Part shown: positions 41,101-53,466 of the stretch, piece by piece
Layout: each line of letters starts with the position of its first letter
How positions within the stretch are numbered: the first letter of the stretch is position 1
DNA from: Octopus sinensis
Lineage: Eukaryota
Length of the DNA: 64,000 nucleotides
Assembly (NCBI RefSeq): GCF_006345805.1
Contig: NC_043006.1
Location: 67,890,001-67,954,000, forward strand
Direction of reading: 5' to 3'
Notes under the pieces: generated by a model
The model's database searches: none
Told to the model about the DNA's origin: nothing
The model's input: only the letters and a program-made list of their open reading frames with translations
Translations under genes and position numbers: made by a program

Positions 41101-42620
41101 GGTGAAGTTTCAGGTGTGGAAACAAGGATTAGAATCGAAGGGCCTCAGAGTCAATCTAGCTAAAACCAAAGTCGTAATCAGTAGGAAGGTAGACAAATCA
41201 CAACACCTTCAGGTAGATGGCCCTGCTCGATCTGTAGAAAAGGTGTAGGTAGAAACTCTATAAGATGCACCAAGTGTAAGCTATGGACACATAAGAGATG
41301 CAGCAATGTCAAAGGAAGGCTAACTAGGAAGATGGTTTTTGTATGTGGCAGATGCTCAGGAACAATAAACACTGAAAATGCTCTGAGACCAATTCCGTCA
41401 CTTTCCAGGGAGAAAAACTAGAAATAGTTGATAGTTTCCGTTACCTAGGTGACCAAGTCAGCAGCGGGGGTGGGTGTGCTGAAAGTGTAACTGCTAGAGT
41501 AAGAATAGCTTGGGCAAATTTCAGAGAGCTCTTACCTCTGCTGGTGACAAAAGGCCTCTCGCACAGAGTGAAAGGCAGACTGTATGATGCGTGTGTACGA
41601 ACAGCCATGCTACATGGCAGTGAAACATGGGCCGTGACTGCTGAGGATATGCGTAAGCTCACAAGAAATGAAGCCAGTATGCTCCGATGGATGTGTAATG
41701 CCGGTACTCACACTCAGCAGAGTGTAAGTACCTTGAGAGAAAAGCTGGACCTAAGAAGCATCAGTTGTGGTGTGCAAGAGAGACGTTTGCGCTGGTATGG
41801 TCATGTGGCGAAAATGGATGAAGATAGTTGTGTGAAAAAGTGCCACACCCTAGCGGTTGAGGGAACCTGTGGAAGAGGCAGACCCAGGAAAACCTGGGAC
41901 GAGGTGGTGAAGCACGACCTTCGAACTTTAGGTCTCACTGAGGAAATGACTAGAGACCGAGACCTCTGGAAGTGTGCTGTGCACGAGAAGACCCGGCAGG
42001 ACAAGTGAGTCCATAACCCGTGGCCTTCTACATGGGATGGAGCCAGCCTAAGTATGCATACCTTCCCTTCTTGGGACACAAAACTCTACTTGTGAAGACG
42101 TGTTGAGGCAAGTGAGGATCAGAATCGAAATCGATCAATGGAAATTGCGGATGTGTTACCAGTGCCGGTGGCATGTCGAAACTCTGCTTGTGAGACCCGT
42201 TGAGGCAAGTGAGGATCAGAATCGAAATCGATCAATGGAAATCGATCAATGAAATTGCAGATGTGTTACCAGTGCCGGTGGCATGTAAGAGAACTTTCCG
42301 TTTCGCGACCGTTGCCAGCACCGCCCCGTTTCGTGTCCGTTGCCAGCCTCGCCTGGCCCTCGTGCCGGTGGCACATAAAAAGCACCATCTGTTCGTGGCC
42401 GTTTGCCAGCTCTGTCTGGCACCAGTGCGGGTGGCACGTAAAAAGTACCCACTACACTCACGGAGTGGTTGGCGTTAGGAAGGGCATCCAGCCGTAGAAA
42501 CACTGCCAGATTTGACTGGGCCTGATGAAGCCTTCTGGCTTCACAGACCCCAGTAGAACCGTCCAACCCATGCTAGCATGGAAAACGGACGCTAAACGAT
42601 GATGATGATGATGATGATGA
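38183..42620 (+). mobile_element. RTE-clade LINE, apparently full length, with several frameshifts
   Basis: Same family as above. It includes the EN N-terminus (LRVGTLNVGTL), RT, a stop at 42008, a modular 3' UTR and a (GAT)n tail. (TA)n on both sides. Confidence 0.95.
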
Positions 42621-42647
42621 TATATATATATATGTATATATATATAT

Positions 42648-42758
42648 AAACCCTCCTTCCCTGAGCGTCAATAATACTTTAGTTTGTTCACGTCCTGCGT
42701 TGCTGTGTTTTTTTTCCCTTTTTCTGTTTTCTTCTGTGTTTTCTTGTTTGGATTAACA
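42648..42758 (+). mobile_element. Truncated copy of the 2940-3159 element
   Basis: aaaccctccttcc...tgagcgtcaataatacttt...ttggattaac is the reverse complement of 2940-3050. (TA)n flanks. Confidence 0.85.
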
Positions 42759-42759
42759 T

Positions 42760-42822
<63 letters not shown>

Positions 42823-42837
42823 ATATATACATATATA

Positions 42838-43210
42838 GGTGCGGGAGTGGCTGTGTGGTACATAGGTTTAGTCCCACTGTGTGGCACCTTGAGCAAGTGT
42901 CTTACTATAGCCTCAAGCCAACCAAAGCCTTGTGAGTGGATTTGATAGACAGAAGCTGAAAGAAGCCCTTCATATATGTATATATATCTATATATGTGTG
43001 TGTATGTTTGTTTGTGTGTCTGTGCTTGTCACCCCACCATCACCTGACAACTGATGCTGGTGTGTTTATGTCCCTGTAACTTAGTGGTTCAGCAAAGGAT
43101 ATGATAGAATAAGTACTGGACTTACAAAGAATAAGTCCTGGGGTCAATTTGCTTGACTAAAGGCAGTGCTCCAACATGGCTGCTGTCAAATGACTGAAAC
43201 AAATAAAAGA
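42838..43210 (+). mobile_element. tRNA-derived SINE (same family as 52146)
   Basis: Shared head, body and tail. Confidence 0.82.
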
Positions 43211-43231
43211 ATACATATATATATATATATC

Positions 43232-43590
43232 ATAGCACTCCATTGGTTATGATGATGAGGGTTCCAGTTGACCCAATCAACGGAACAGCCTGTTCGTAAA
43301 ATTAACGTGCAAGTGGCTGAGCACTCCACAGATATGTGTACCCTTAACGTAGTTCTGGGGGAGATTCAGCATGACACAGAGTGCGACAAGGCTAGCCCTT
43401 TGAAATACAGGTACAACAGAAACAGGAAGAATGAGAGAAAATTGTGGTCCGCCACCATATCCTGCCAGAGCCACAAGGAGCTTTAGGTGTTTTCACTCAA
43501 TAAACACTCACAACCCCTGGTCTGGGAATCAAAACCACGATCCTATGACTGTGAGTCCACTGCCCTAACCACTGGGCCATTGCACCTCCA
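43232..43590 (-). mobile_element. tRNA-derived SINE with the 55445-type head and a different tail
   Basis: The reverse complement of 43480-43590 matches 55445-55560. Confidence 0.75.
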
Positions 43591-46001
43591 CATACATATA
43601 CATATATATATATATATGTATATGTATGCAGACATGAGGTAATACATAGAAGATGAACATGACCTTCACGTGTAAACTCCTTCATTATTATTCAACTTGT
43701 ATATATTTGTGACCTAGAGTAAAGGTATTTAAAGTTACAGCTTTGTTCTATGAATTCATTATACAGTATTCCTTTGTCAAATGACATATTACAGCCTTCT
43801 GAACAGACTCATCATTAGATGGTTTCAATGACGATCTAAAGAGGTTTTTGTTGTAATAAATGTTACATTAAAATTATATATGTCTACTACCATTATTTTA
43901 GTTTTCATAACTAGTTTTATGCATTGTAAAAATTATCTCAATTTATCTGCAAGACCACATAATATAAACATTCAAACATCATCACTATCTTTTCCAAACC
44001 TGTTGCATTTCACATAGAAGTTTTGGTCCTTCAAAGTCATTTTCGTGTATAAGCTGATTTATTTATTTATCTATTTATTTATTTATTTATTTATTTATTA
44101 TTTATTATTTTTTTCTGTAAATTTTGATCTGAAAAATTCAACTTGTATACTGGAAGATACGGCAGGCAGAAAGTCAACAATTTTTAGGAGAGATGTTTAG
44201 TTAATACTATTGACCCCTTTATTTGATCGGTACTTGACTTTGGCAGAATTTAGACTCAGAACATGAAGAGCCTGAAACAAAGCAGGCAATCATGATGAAT
44301 AGGGAAAAAAATCAACTTCAAAATTATAAGGATGTAAGGCAATGTCATTCTTGGTGGAATCTGAACTCAAAACATAAACCAAAATATTGCCAAGTGTTTT
44401 GTTTGGCATTCATAATAATTTCTAACCTGGGCTCAAGGCCAGATATTTTGCTGACAGAAACAGTTGTTTATATTGATCCATGGTACTTTTTACATCAAGG
44501 GACGACAAGCAAAGTAGACCTCAGTATAGTTTGAACTCTACTGAACAACATGTGTCATCATTATTGTCATTATTACATCCACTATTCCATGCTTGCATGG
44601 GCTGGAATTTATTGAAGTAAATTTTCTATGATCAGATGCCCTTTCTGTCACCAAACCTCACCTGTTTCCAAACAAGGTAACATTTTCCCATGGTCAGGCA
44701 AGTTCTCACAGAATACTGGAAAGGAATAACACAGTTTGTTTGACAGTGACCATCAATTTACAAATACCACACAATGTCAAAACAGGGAGATACAAACTTA
44801 CTGACACTCAAACACATATATACACATATACCCACATACATATATACATGCATTTTGGTGTATTTACTGTCACTTGGAATTAGTTGGACATTAATAGAAA
44901 ATTTGGAGAAAGAGTGAAGATAATGTTAACAAGTGTAGTTATGTTATACAAGTTATAGGGTACTAAACTCATCTTTTATAACAAGATAGAACATTATATA
45001 TTTCATTTTCAATGGTATAAACTGTATAGTTCTGCAAAATTCAGATAATTTAATGAATAATAGAAGCAGGAATTTAAAGTTTAATCATTTTTCTCTTATT
45101 AAACATTGAATGAATATATTGTGTCTCACTGCAATACATAACACAATAACTGTATTTGAACTCATGATCAGTTAATAAGTAGTGGAACATTACCCATCCA
45201 TTATATCATAATAGAATTTGTTTTAAACTGAAATAATAAAACAGATTGACATAAAACAATGAAACATGTATCTCTAGAACAAAAGGTTTATAGTCTTGGT
45301 AAGTGTTGCTATAGGACTGTAACATATGTGGCTTCTGGTTACTGCAACTACATTAATTAACCAGTATAGATGCATGCTAATTAACAAAACTAATTATGTA
45401 AAGTGGAAATAATGATGCAATAAATGGAGGAGTATTCACTGGGACATCACAAGGCTCTTTGGAACAGAAGATTTAGTTGATTCTATTATATTATTAATAT
45501 TTATTTCATTGACCCCAGAACAATTAAAGCAAAGTCGTAGGATTGAAACTTAGCTTAAGATTGGATTTTAATGCTTTTATGTCAGCATACGGCTGCAGCT
45601 TATAATTGTGACTTGTAAAGAGTCAAAAATGAGTTTCCTACTGCTGACCTTGCTAACCAAACATTAGCACCCACAACTTGTGCTTTTCTATGTGACATAG
45701 CCACTAACAGAACTATTTTAGTAGATTCTCTAGAACATTAATGGATAATTATTTCCCTTTTCATAGAATCTATGCCTGGATTATTTAACTTATTCCCACA
45801 TATGAAATAAAAAAAGTAATCCTAGCAATGAAAGTCATTTACTGACAGTAGTTGTGGTAAACTCCAATGGATTATGATTACCCTTAATGCATGTATATAC
45901 TTGGAGTAGTGATGTATTCTAAGCTTATGTACTTACACTTCAATTAGGGATGTGCCTTTGGCTTACATGTGTACACTTGGATTGGGGTTGTACCCCTAGC
46001 T

Positions 46002-46375
46002 TATGAGGGGGCACCCAAAAGAACCTGGAATTTTGTAATGTTATTTTATTCACTTAGTTTTACATATTTACACTTTTATTGCCTTCAAAGTATTCTCCAT
46101 TTGAAGCAATGCATCAGTCCACATGTGTTTTCCACAGTTCAAAGCAGTCCTGGAACCCTTACGAAGTGATGCCTTTTAACACTTCCATCATTGTTTTCTC
46201 CATCTCTTCCAGATCTGCAAAAAGTTTTCCGTTAAGGACTGTTTTCATTCAGAGGAACAAAAAAAAATTTGCAAAGTGCAAGATTGGACGAATAGGGAGG
46301 GTGGGTAAGAGGAGTAAGAAGGTATGTGCAGGTACATTGTCATGATGAAATCACTGCTCTCCACTTTGCCACAGG
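46002..46375 (-). mobile_element. Mariner transposase C-terminal remnant
   Basis: Minus-strand translation gives FHHDNVPAH, HPPYSSNLALCKFF and CIASNGEYFEG. TIR-like tatgagggggc at the left end. Confidence 0.75.
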
Positions 46376-47127
46376 TCATAGTGACCTATTTAGCAGTAGA
46401 GGAGAATGTTCTGAAAGTATAATTTCTCTGGCACTACCTTCCTTTCATCTCCTTCTCACCAGCTTCCACTCATCTCTTTATATAATAGGAGGTAGCCATA
46501 TATCTCCTCTATGGCAAGACACCTCTATCAAGCCACTTTCTCCTCTGAAATACTCTTCATTTAGTATGGAAGTTTTACTCTTTCCCTCTCACTAATCTTT
46601 TTCTGTCTTGGCAACCTCACTAGTGTACCCAGGACACTGTAAAGTGGATGATATAAGGAAGAACATCTCACTGGAGAAACCATACCAAAGCAAGCATTGG
46701 AGCCTTATACAGTCTTGTGGTTGGCTATATCCTGTCAAATCATTCTATCTTTGCCAGCAGAGAAAATGGACATCAAATGACGACAATGACGAGGATGACA
46801 ACAAGGATGTTGCTATTTGACCATTGTAAACTTGTTGATAAAACAAGAAACCTAAAGTAGTTTCATTCTGACAGTATAGTAACAGGTTTGTAAATGTTGT
46901 AACAGTGTCATGACAGTGTAGTAAAAGCTATGTTACTCCCTCCCCACTATTTATCTTTTATAATATCCTAGAATAATATTTAATGAATTGCAGATCAAAT
47001 AAAGAAGATATTGCCAAAAGAATGAATTGAGATTATTTTGCTGCTGCTGCTACTACTACTACTACTACTGAAATATCTATAAATTTACCTGACAACTGTT
47101 CTTAGAATCTATTTTGTGCTGCAAATA

Positions 47128-47262
47128 GACATCCACGCCAATGACAGCCTGATCTGCTCAGATCAGGCCGTCATTGGCATGACTGTGGGCAGCAATGGAC
47201 ATCCACGCCAATGACGGCCTGATCTGCTCAGATCAGGCCGTCATTGGCATGACTGTGGGCAG
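47128..47262. repeat. Two tandem 70-bp units, each with a 20-bp-stem palindrome
   Basis: gccaatgacggcctgatctg-ct-cagatcaggccgtcattggc at 47207-47248, and with one mismatch at 47137-47178. Confidence 0.95.
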
Positions 47263-47773
47263 GGGAGTAATATAATTACCCGCAAATCTCTCTATCTCTC
47301 CCCACTTCATTTACCTGTAATATAAAAGCAGGCAAAACTCTGTAAACTGACATTTCTGATGAAACTACAGTAGTACTTGAAAACACTTAAATATGTGATT
47401 TGATGAAATAATATGTGATATGTAAATAAATATATTTTTGAAATGCCACTTATTTTTTTTGCAGATTTGGAATCTCTGAGGTCGAAAAGGTGGGTTTCTG
47501 TAGAAAAAAACAAAAGCACAAGGGTGGTGCAGCCCATGTCCTTTATCTCCACCAATTACTTTGGTATTTGTTATGGTTTAATGATATAAAAAAGTGTGTA
47601 GCATGCTGGGCAAAATGATTAGTAGTATTTTGTCTTAACGTTCCGAGTTCAAATTATACTGAGGTCGACTTTTCCTTTCATCCTTTCATATATAATACAA
47701 AAGTTTTGTATTAAGAAATGATAATCAATGGTAGTCACTTGTTGTTGATCAAGATTTCTCCATTTTCTACTTG

Positions 47774-47809
<36 letters not shown>

Positions 47810-48392
47810 GGGCAGAGGCACACAATGAGTAACTTCTGATGTCTTGTTATTTTCACCCTACCTGTTTGAAATCATTATGTGGAGCAACAACACAGCAAAT
47901 GGTTATTTCAAGGCCAATTGAGTGTGTGTGTGTGTGTGCACGTGGTGTTTGTCATCGTGTCATTGAGAGAAATAATCAAATAAGGAGTGTCTCAGGTGAC
48001 TAGAAGTTACTGAAAGAGACATGTATCAATGAATTAAAGATAAAAATTACCTAATTATAGATAAAAAATACCATGAGACACTGAGTAATCTCTCTGTGAT
48101 ATTTTAGCTAGTGATGGTCACATGAGACATGATGTAATGCTAATCATAGTCATTGTGAAAATATTTCAAGTAATTTTTTATCAGATTGAGGTAAACCTCA
48201 ATAATTCTCCCTCTCAACTGTATCTCTTTTACTTGTATTGCATTTTATGATGATGACTGCCATTCCTTCCAGCATGACTTACAGTTTGGTTCTTTATACA
48301 TCTCTGAAACTATCCCTGATAACCTTACAGCTACTCAGTAGCATTTTGCCTCAATCTAATTATTGCTACTGAGAAAAACTGTTTCAATGTTA

Positions 48393-48554
48393 TCATCATC
48401 ATCATCATTTAACGTCCGTTCTCCATGCTAGCATGGGTTGGACGGTTCGACTGGGGATCTGGGAAGCCAGAAGGCTGCACCAGGCTCCAGTCTGATCTGG
48501 CAGTGTTTCTACAGCTGGATGCCCTTCCTAACGCCAACCACTCCGAGAGTGTAG
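48393..48554 (-). mobile_element. RTE 3'-tail fragment
   Basis: (CAT)n tttaacgtccgttctccatgctagcatggg..., nearly identical to 30430-30590. Confidence 0.85.
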
Positions 48555-49138
48555 ACATAACTCCGAGAGTTATCCCTATAAATACACTTTTCCTGAATCA
48601 CATACTTTTCAGAACTATCTTCTTGCTTTGTTATATAGTAATAACAAAATATATTATTTCACTTTTATAATTATCTCATCCAGTTGCTATTTGGCTAGTT
48701 AATGCAGCAAATACTTCAATTGTATCATAGACCTACTAAAGTCTCTCATTTTTTTTATACAATGACTATAGTCTCCATGGACATCAGTGTATGTATCGTG
48801 TTGGTCATAAATAAAACATGAAAATATATTTGTAGTGACACCACTTTGGAAGTCTTCAGTGCACATGTGCAGAGTTGGATTCTTCTGGGAGGCCTGCCGG
48901 AGGTTCCCTCATGTGTATGCGCAGAGAACTAGCAGTAGCAAAACTTCCCGTGTATCGAATTCTCTCTCGAAGCTGACAGCCTAATTGAACAGACGCGTTC
49001 TCACAGCTATCCCAAACTGCCACCACGTGGCGAAGCTACACTATGCTGGAACGAAACAGGATTTGGTTCACACCACTTAACTATAGTGACTAGCTTCATG
49101 GCTACCGGTTTGCCCTGAAGGGAATATATATATATATA

Positions 49139-49415
49139 ATACAAAATGAGAAAATGGAGAAATATATCTAAATCAATCATCAACTATCAGATAATACCGA
49201 ATCACATACTTTATTAAAACACTACACAATAGCAATGATATTATACATTAATACAGTACAATAATTACAATCAATATGATGAAATATAACTAAATAAATA
49301 TAACAAGACATAAAAATACTTTTTAACATTTATGTATTAGCTTTGTTGGGTACTTCTCTAGCAGTATATTGGATATATGTTATCCCATGGAGGGTTGAAT
49401 TTACAACCCCTATCT

Positions 49416-49421
<6 letters not shown>
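49139..49421. mobile_element. (TA)n-embedded element with short TIR-like ends (ta[c/t]aaaatgaga)
   Basis: The left part matches 54902-54990. The right part is the reverse complement of 54730-54830. Confidence 0.6.
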
Positions 49422-49459
<38 letters not shown>

Positions 49460-50279
49460 GAATCCAGAAAAATAAAAATATTTATGCTGTTTGAAGATAT
49501 TTGAAGTCTTGAAAGTTCATGGTTTGGAATTCATTGTCATCGCTCTGATTTGGTCGACAATGCCATGTGTTTAGTTTAAACTGCAGTAAAAATAGTGGGG
49601 CCTCAATTAGGTGTTCCTTAAAAAATAGAGCCTCTTAGGACATTCCCTAGGATTAGGGGAGTTGCTGGTTTGAGTTCCATTGTCCTTGCACCAATGGTCT
49701 AGGAGGAGTTAATGAACATAAAAACATAACAGATAGAAACATCACAAATTTATAATAGGATGACTGACATTAGAAAAGAAAATGAAAATCAGAACTACTG
49801 CAAGATATATGAATGTAGCATTATATCTCTTCAGTTACCTACTTTGGAAAGGTTTTTTAGTAACTTGTGAACATTGTTATTTGAGAATTTCTTGTTTAGT
49901 TTTTATGTAAAATCATGGGTGAGTGTCTTTGACTATTGCCCCAAACTAACCAAAGCCTTATGAGTAGATTTGGTAAATGGAAACTGAAAGAAACTCATCA
50001 CGTGTGTGTGTGTGTGTTCTTGTCTTGACATTTTGTGGGTCTCTTCTTTTTGGGAACTCAAATTTACCTGGTAATCTCACTTGTGCTGGTAACACACAAA
50101 AAAAGCAATCAGTATACATAGCAAGGTGGTTGGCATTGTGAAGTGCATCTGACCATAGAAAACATACCAAAGCTGACATCAGATCATGGTGCAGAACTGC
50201 AGTTTGCCAGTTCATGTCAGCATGGAAAACAGACAATAAATGACGACGACAATGATGATGATGATGATGATGATATATA

Positions 50280-51918
50280 CTGGGGTTGGACAAAATAATG
50301 GAAACACTTGTTAAATGTTAGTATTATTTTTTTAACACAGAGTTGCTCCTCACTTTAATACACTGAGAAATTGCACCGTACAGGTTCTGAATGGTTGTCA
50401 GGGGAATTTTAAGCCATTCTTCAAGTAAAACCTCCTTTAGGTCTTTCCCTGATAATGGTGAAAGGAAGCAGCTCTTCATTTGCTACTCCAAAATGTGCCA
50501 TAAACATTCAATCATATTGAGATCTGGTGATTGTGGGGGGCCAATCCAAGTGGTCTTCTTTATTTTTGTGCTCCTTGTAGTAATTTTGAATAACATTAGT
50601 TATGTGAATTAATGCATTACCATCATGGAAGATGGCACTACCATCAGAGAACAGTGTTTTTACCATAGAATGAACATGATCAGCTAAAATACTCAGATAA
50701 ACATTTGTGTTAACTCTGCCTGGTAAACAACTTAAATGCCAAAAGAATTCCATATGGCTACCTAAATCATCACAGAGCTACCTCCATGCTTCAAAAGAGG
50801 GGTCAAATAATTAGGGTTGAAGGCTTCTTTTGGTTGTCTCCAGACATAAACTCAACTTAATGCAGAGAAAAAGGCAAATGATGATTTATCAGAGAAGATG
50901 AAATTCTTCCATTGAGGCATTGACCACTTCTAACAATCTATACACCATTTTTACTGTTTAATAAAGTTGATGTGGGTTCAAGGGATGTTTAGCACTTGAA
51001 GCTCACCCATGGTATCCAGGTTTTCACAGCTCATGACAAAATGTCATGAGCTGCAAAATCCTTTGATTGACCACATGGTGGCAAAGTAGTGATCTGGTAC
51101 TACTGCTGCTTGTGCTACCATAGTCCAATGTTTTTAAGTCACCATACATTTCTTTATTCTACAAACCCTCTCTATGTTCCTTTGCCTTCCATCTATAATT
51201 ATGCTTGCCAGAACTTGTTCTACTTTGGTTATGGAATGTCATTACGATTTTATAAACTACTAGCAGTATCACCCACCGTTGCTCGGGTTTGTTTCGACCC
51301 TTTAGAATTGGAATTTTTGAAAAGTAAAAATTTTGCATTATGTAGCTTGTTATTCTCTTTAAGTGAACATTTTTCTGGTTGGAATACACCGAAAAATGGA
51401 GACACAGCAGTAAAAAAAAATCGTAAATAATAGGGATTTTCGTAGAACAAAAGCTCCTTTTTGATGTAAATAATTTTTGGTGTTAACATGGTCCGATTTG
51501 ATACAAGCCTTCTTGTATCATACTCTCAATTTTGGTCAACTTGTGCCGCAGGGTCTCGAAGGAGATAGTGTTAGTTGAAGGCTACCAAACCTGCCATACA
51601 CAGACAACTTCAGCTTTATATATATAGAGAAATAACTCTTGAAAAATTAAACCAGTTTTAGTGACTGAAATTCCAGCCAACCGTGCACCAACAACTTGTT
51701 CTGTGTGGAAATCATATAGGTTATGCATTTTAACCTATTTAAATATAAATTACTGCCAATAGAGAAAAACAGAAGCTTATATAATAAACAACAATGCACA
51801 CATTATGCATATGAATGTGTATCTACTGACTAGAACTGTTGTTTTTCTTTTGAAATATTGCTAATAGGAAAAAAGAGTTTAATAAAAGTGGTGTTTCCAT
51901 TGTTTTGCCTAACCCTGA
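50280..51918 (-). mobile_element. Decayed Tc1-like transposon
   Basis: TIRs ctggggttggacaaaataatggaaacac / gtgtttccattgttttgcctaaccctg. Transposase remnants FHDGNALIH and LDWP.QSPDLNMIE. Confidence 0.8.
51260..51630 (-). mobile_element. Non-autonomous Helitron nested in the Tc1-like element
   Basis: The 3' end a|ctagcagtatcacccaccgttgctcggg matches 15697. The other end, cagacaacttcagctttatatatatagaga, matches 16060-16091. Confidence 0.78.
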
Positions 51919-52026
51919 ATATATGTGTGGGGGTATATATACACCCCTCACACATATATATAAGTATGTATGTATATACATGTTTATACATATTCATATG
52001 TACATACATATGTAGGAATATATATA

Positions 52027-52317
52027 CAGGGTGCAGTGAATAAACTGTCATCTATATTATGCAAAATTAATAATAACACTGACATCTCATTTTAACAGTC
52101 ATATTTACCAAAATTTCATAAAAATATTTTGAAATACTAAACAGTAGGCGCAGGAGTGGCTGTGTGGTAAGTAGCTTGCTAACCAACCACATGGTTCCGG
52201 GTTCAGTCCCACTGCGTGGCATCTTGGGCAAGTGTCTTCTGCTATAGCCCCGGGCCGACCAAAGCCTTGTGAGTGGATTTGGTAGACGGAAACTGAAAGA
52301 AGCCTGTCGTATTTATG

Positions 52318-52371
<54 letters not shown>

Positions 52372-53270
52372 TGTTTGTCTCCCTAGCATTGCTTGACAAC
52401 CAATGCTGGTGTGTTTACATCCCCGTCACTTAGCGGTTCGGCAAAAGAGACCGATAGAATAAGTACTGGGCTTACAAAGAATAAGTCCCGGGGTCGACTG
52501 GCTCGACTAAAGGTACTACTCCAGCATGGCCGCAGTCAAATGACAGAAATAAGTAAAAGAGTAAATTTATTCAATAAAATCGCCATTGGCTTCAACCACG
52601 GCCTCCAGACAACTTTGGAATCTCCCACAACTCTTCCAGATGGTTTCCTTGTTTAAGTTGGTGAATGCTGCAATGATCCTTGCCTTCAGTTCATCTTAGT
52701 TGTCACAAGGAGAGGGTTGCAGTTTGGGGAGATAGGTAGCCAGATGTTTGGGGTGATGTGGTCACAGAAATTATCTGGCAGCCATGACTGGGTTCTTGTG
52801 CTTGTGTGGCTTGGTGCAGAGTCCTGTTGCCAGACATAGGGTCTTCCAGCAGCCACCCTCTTGACCCAGGGCAGCACTACCTCCTCCAGGCACTTGATGT
52901 AAGCCTCCATATTGAGTCTGAGGTTGTGTAGAAAGATAAATGGAGGCATAACATCACCATCACTACTGATCACTCCAGACACCATGATGTTGGCTAGATG
53001 TTTGATTTTTATCACTCTCGGTATATGTCTTCAGATTGACACCCAAACACTCTGATATGTTTGTATTGGAGCTTCTGGAGCAAATGCTAAACAGTACAGC
53101 ATGTTGTTTCCAAATTTCTGGCAGAGTGAATTGCATCATGCTGCTGTTTTTCTCACAGATGGTGCCCAACTAACCCTACTATACTGTGTAGTTGACAAAA
53201 TCAAAAACCAACAATTCACAAGCATATAATTAAAAATATGATATTGTGACAATTTACCCATCACACCCTG
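52027..53270 (-). mobile_element. Decayed Tc1/mariner-superfamily (maT/DD37D-like) transposon with a SINE insertion
   Basis: TIRs ta|cagggtg...tgtca / tgaca...caccctg|ta. ORF 52686-53015 has VWQQDSAPSH...WLPISPNCNPL. Confidence 0.8.
52146..52565 (+). mobile_element. tRNA-derived SINE with an internal (TA)/(GT) tract
   Basis: A-box tggctgtgtgg, B-box ggttcagtccc, CORE-like cttgggcaagtgtctt and tail gaaataagtaaaagagtaaa. Confidence 0.88.
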
Positions 53271-53466
53271 TATATGTATGTGTGTATGTGTGTGTGTGTA
53301 TATATATATAGGAATTTATAATTATACAATATAATTATATTAAAGGGTGCAGATAAATTGTTACCTACAAGGTTTTTATTTCACGCTGGCCACTTGATAA
53401 AATTATTTAAGTGGTTTATTCTTAATTTTGCACAATATATATATATATTATATATATATATACATA

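Noticed and set aside
42522-42545. CTGATGA in the RTE tail as a hammerhead core
   Set aside because: Other copies read ctggtgca or ctggggca here, and no correctly placed GAAA follows.
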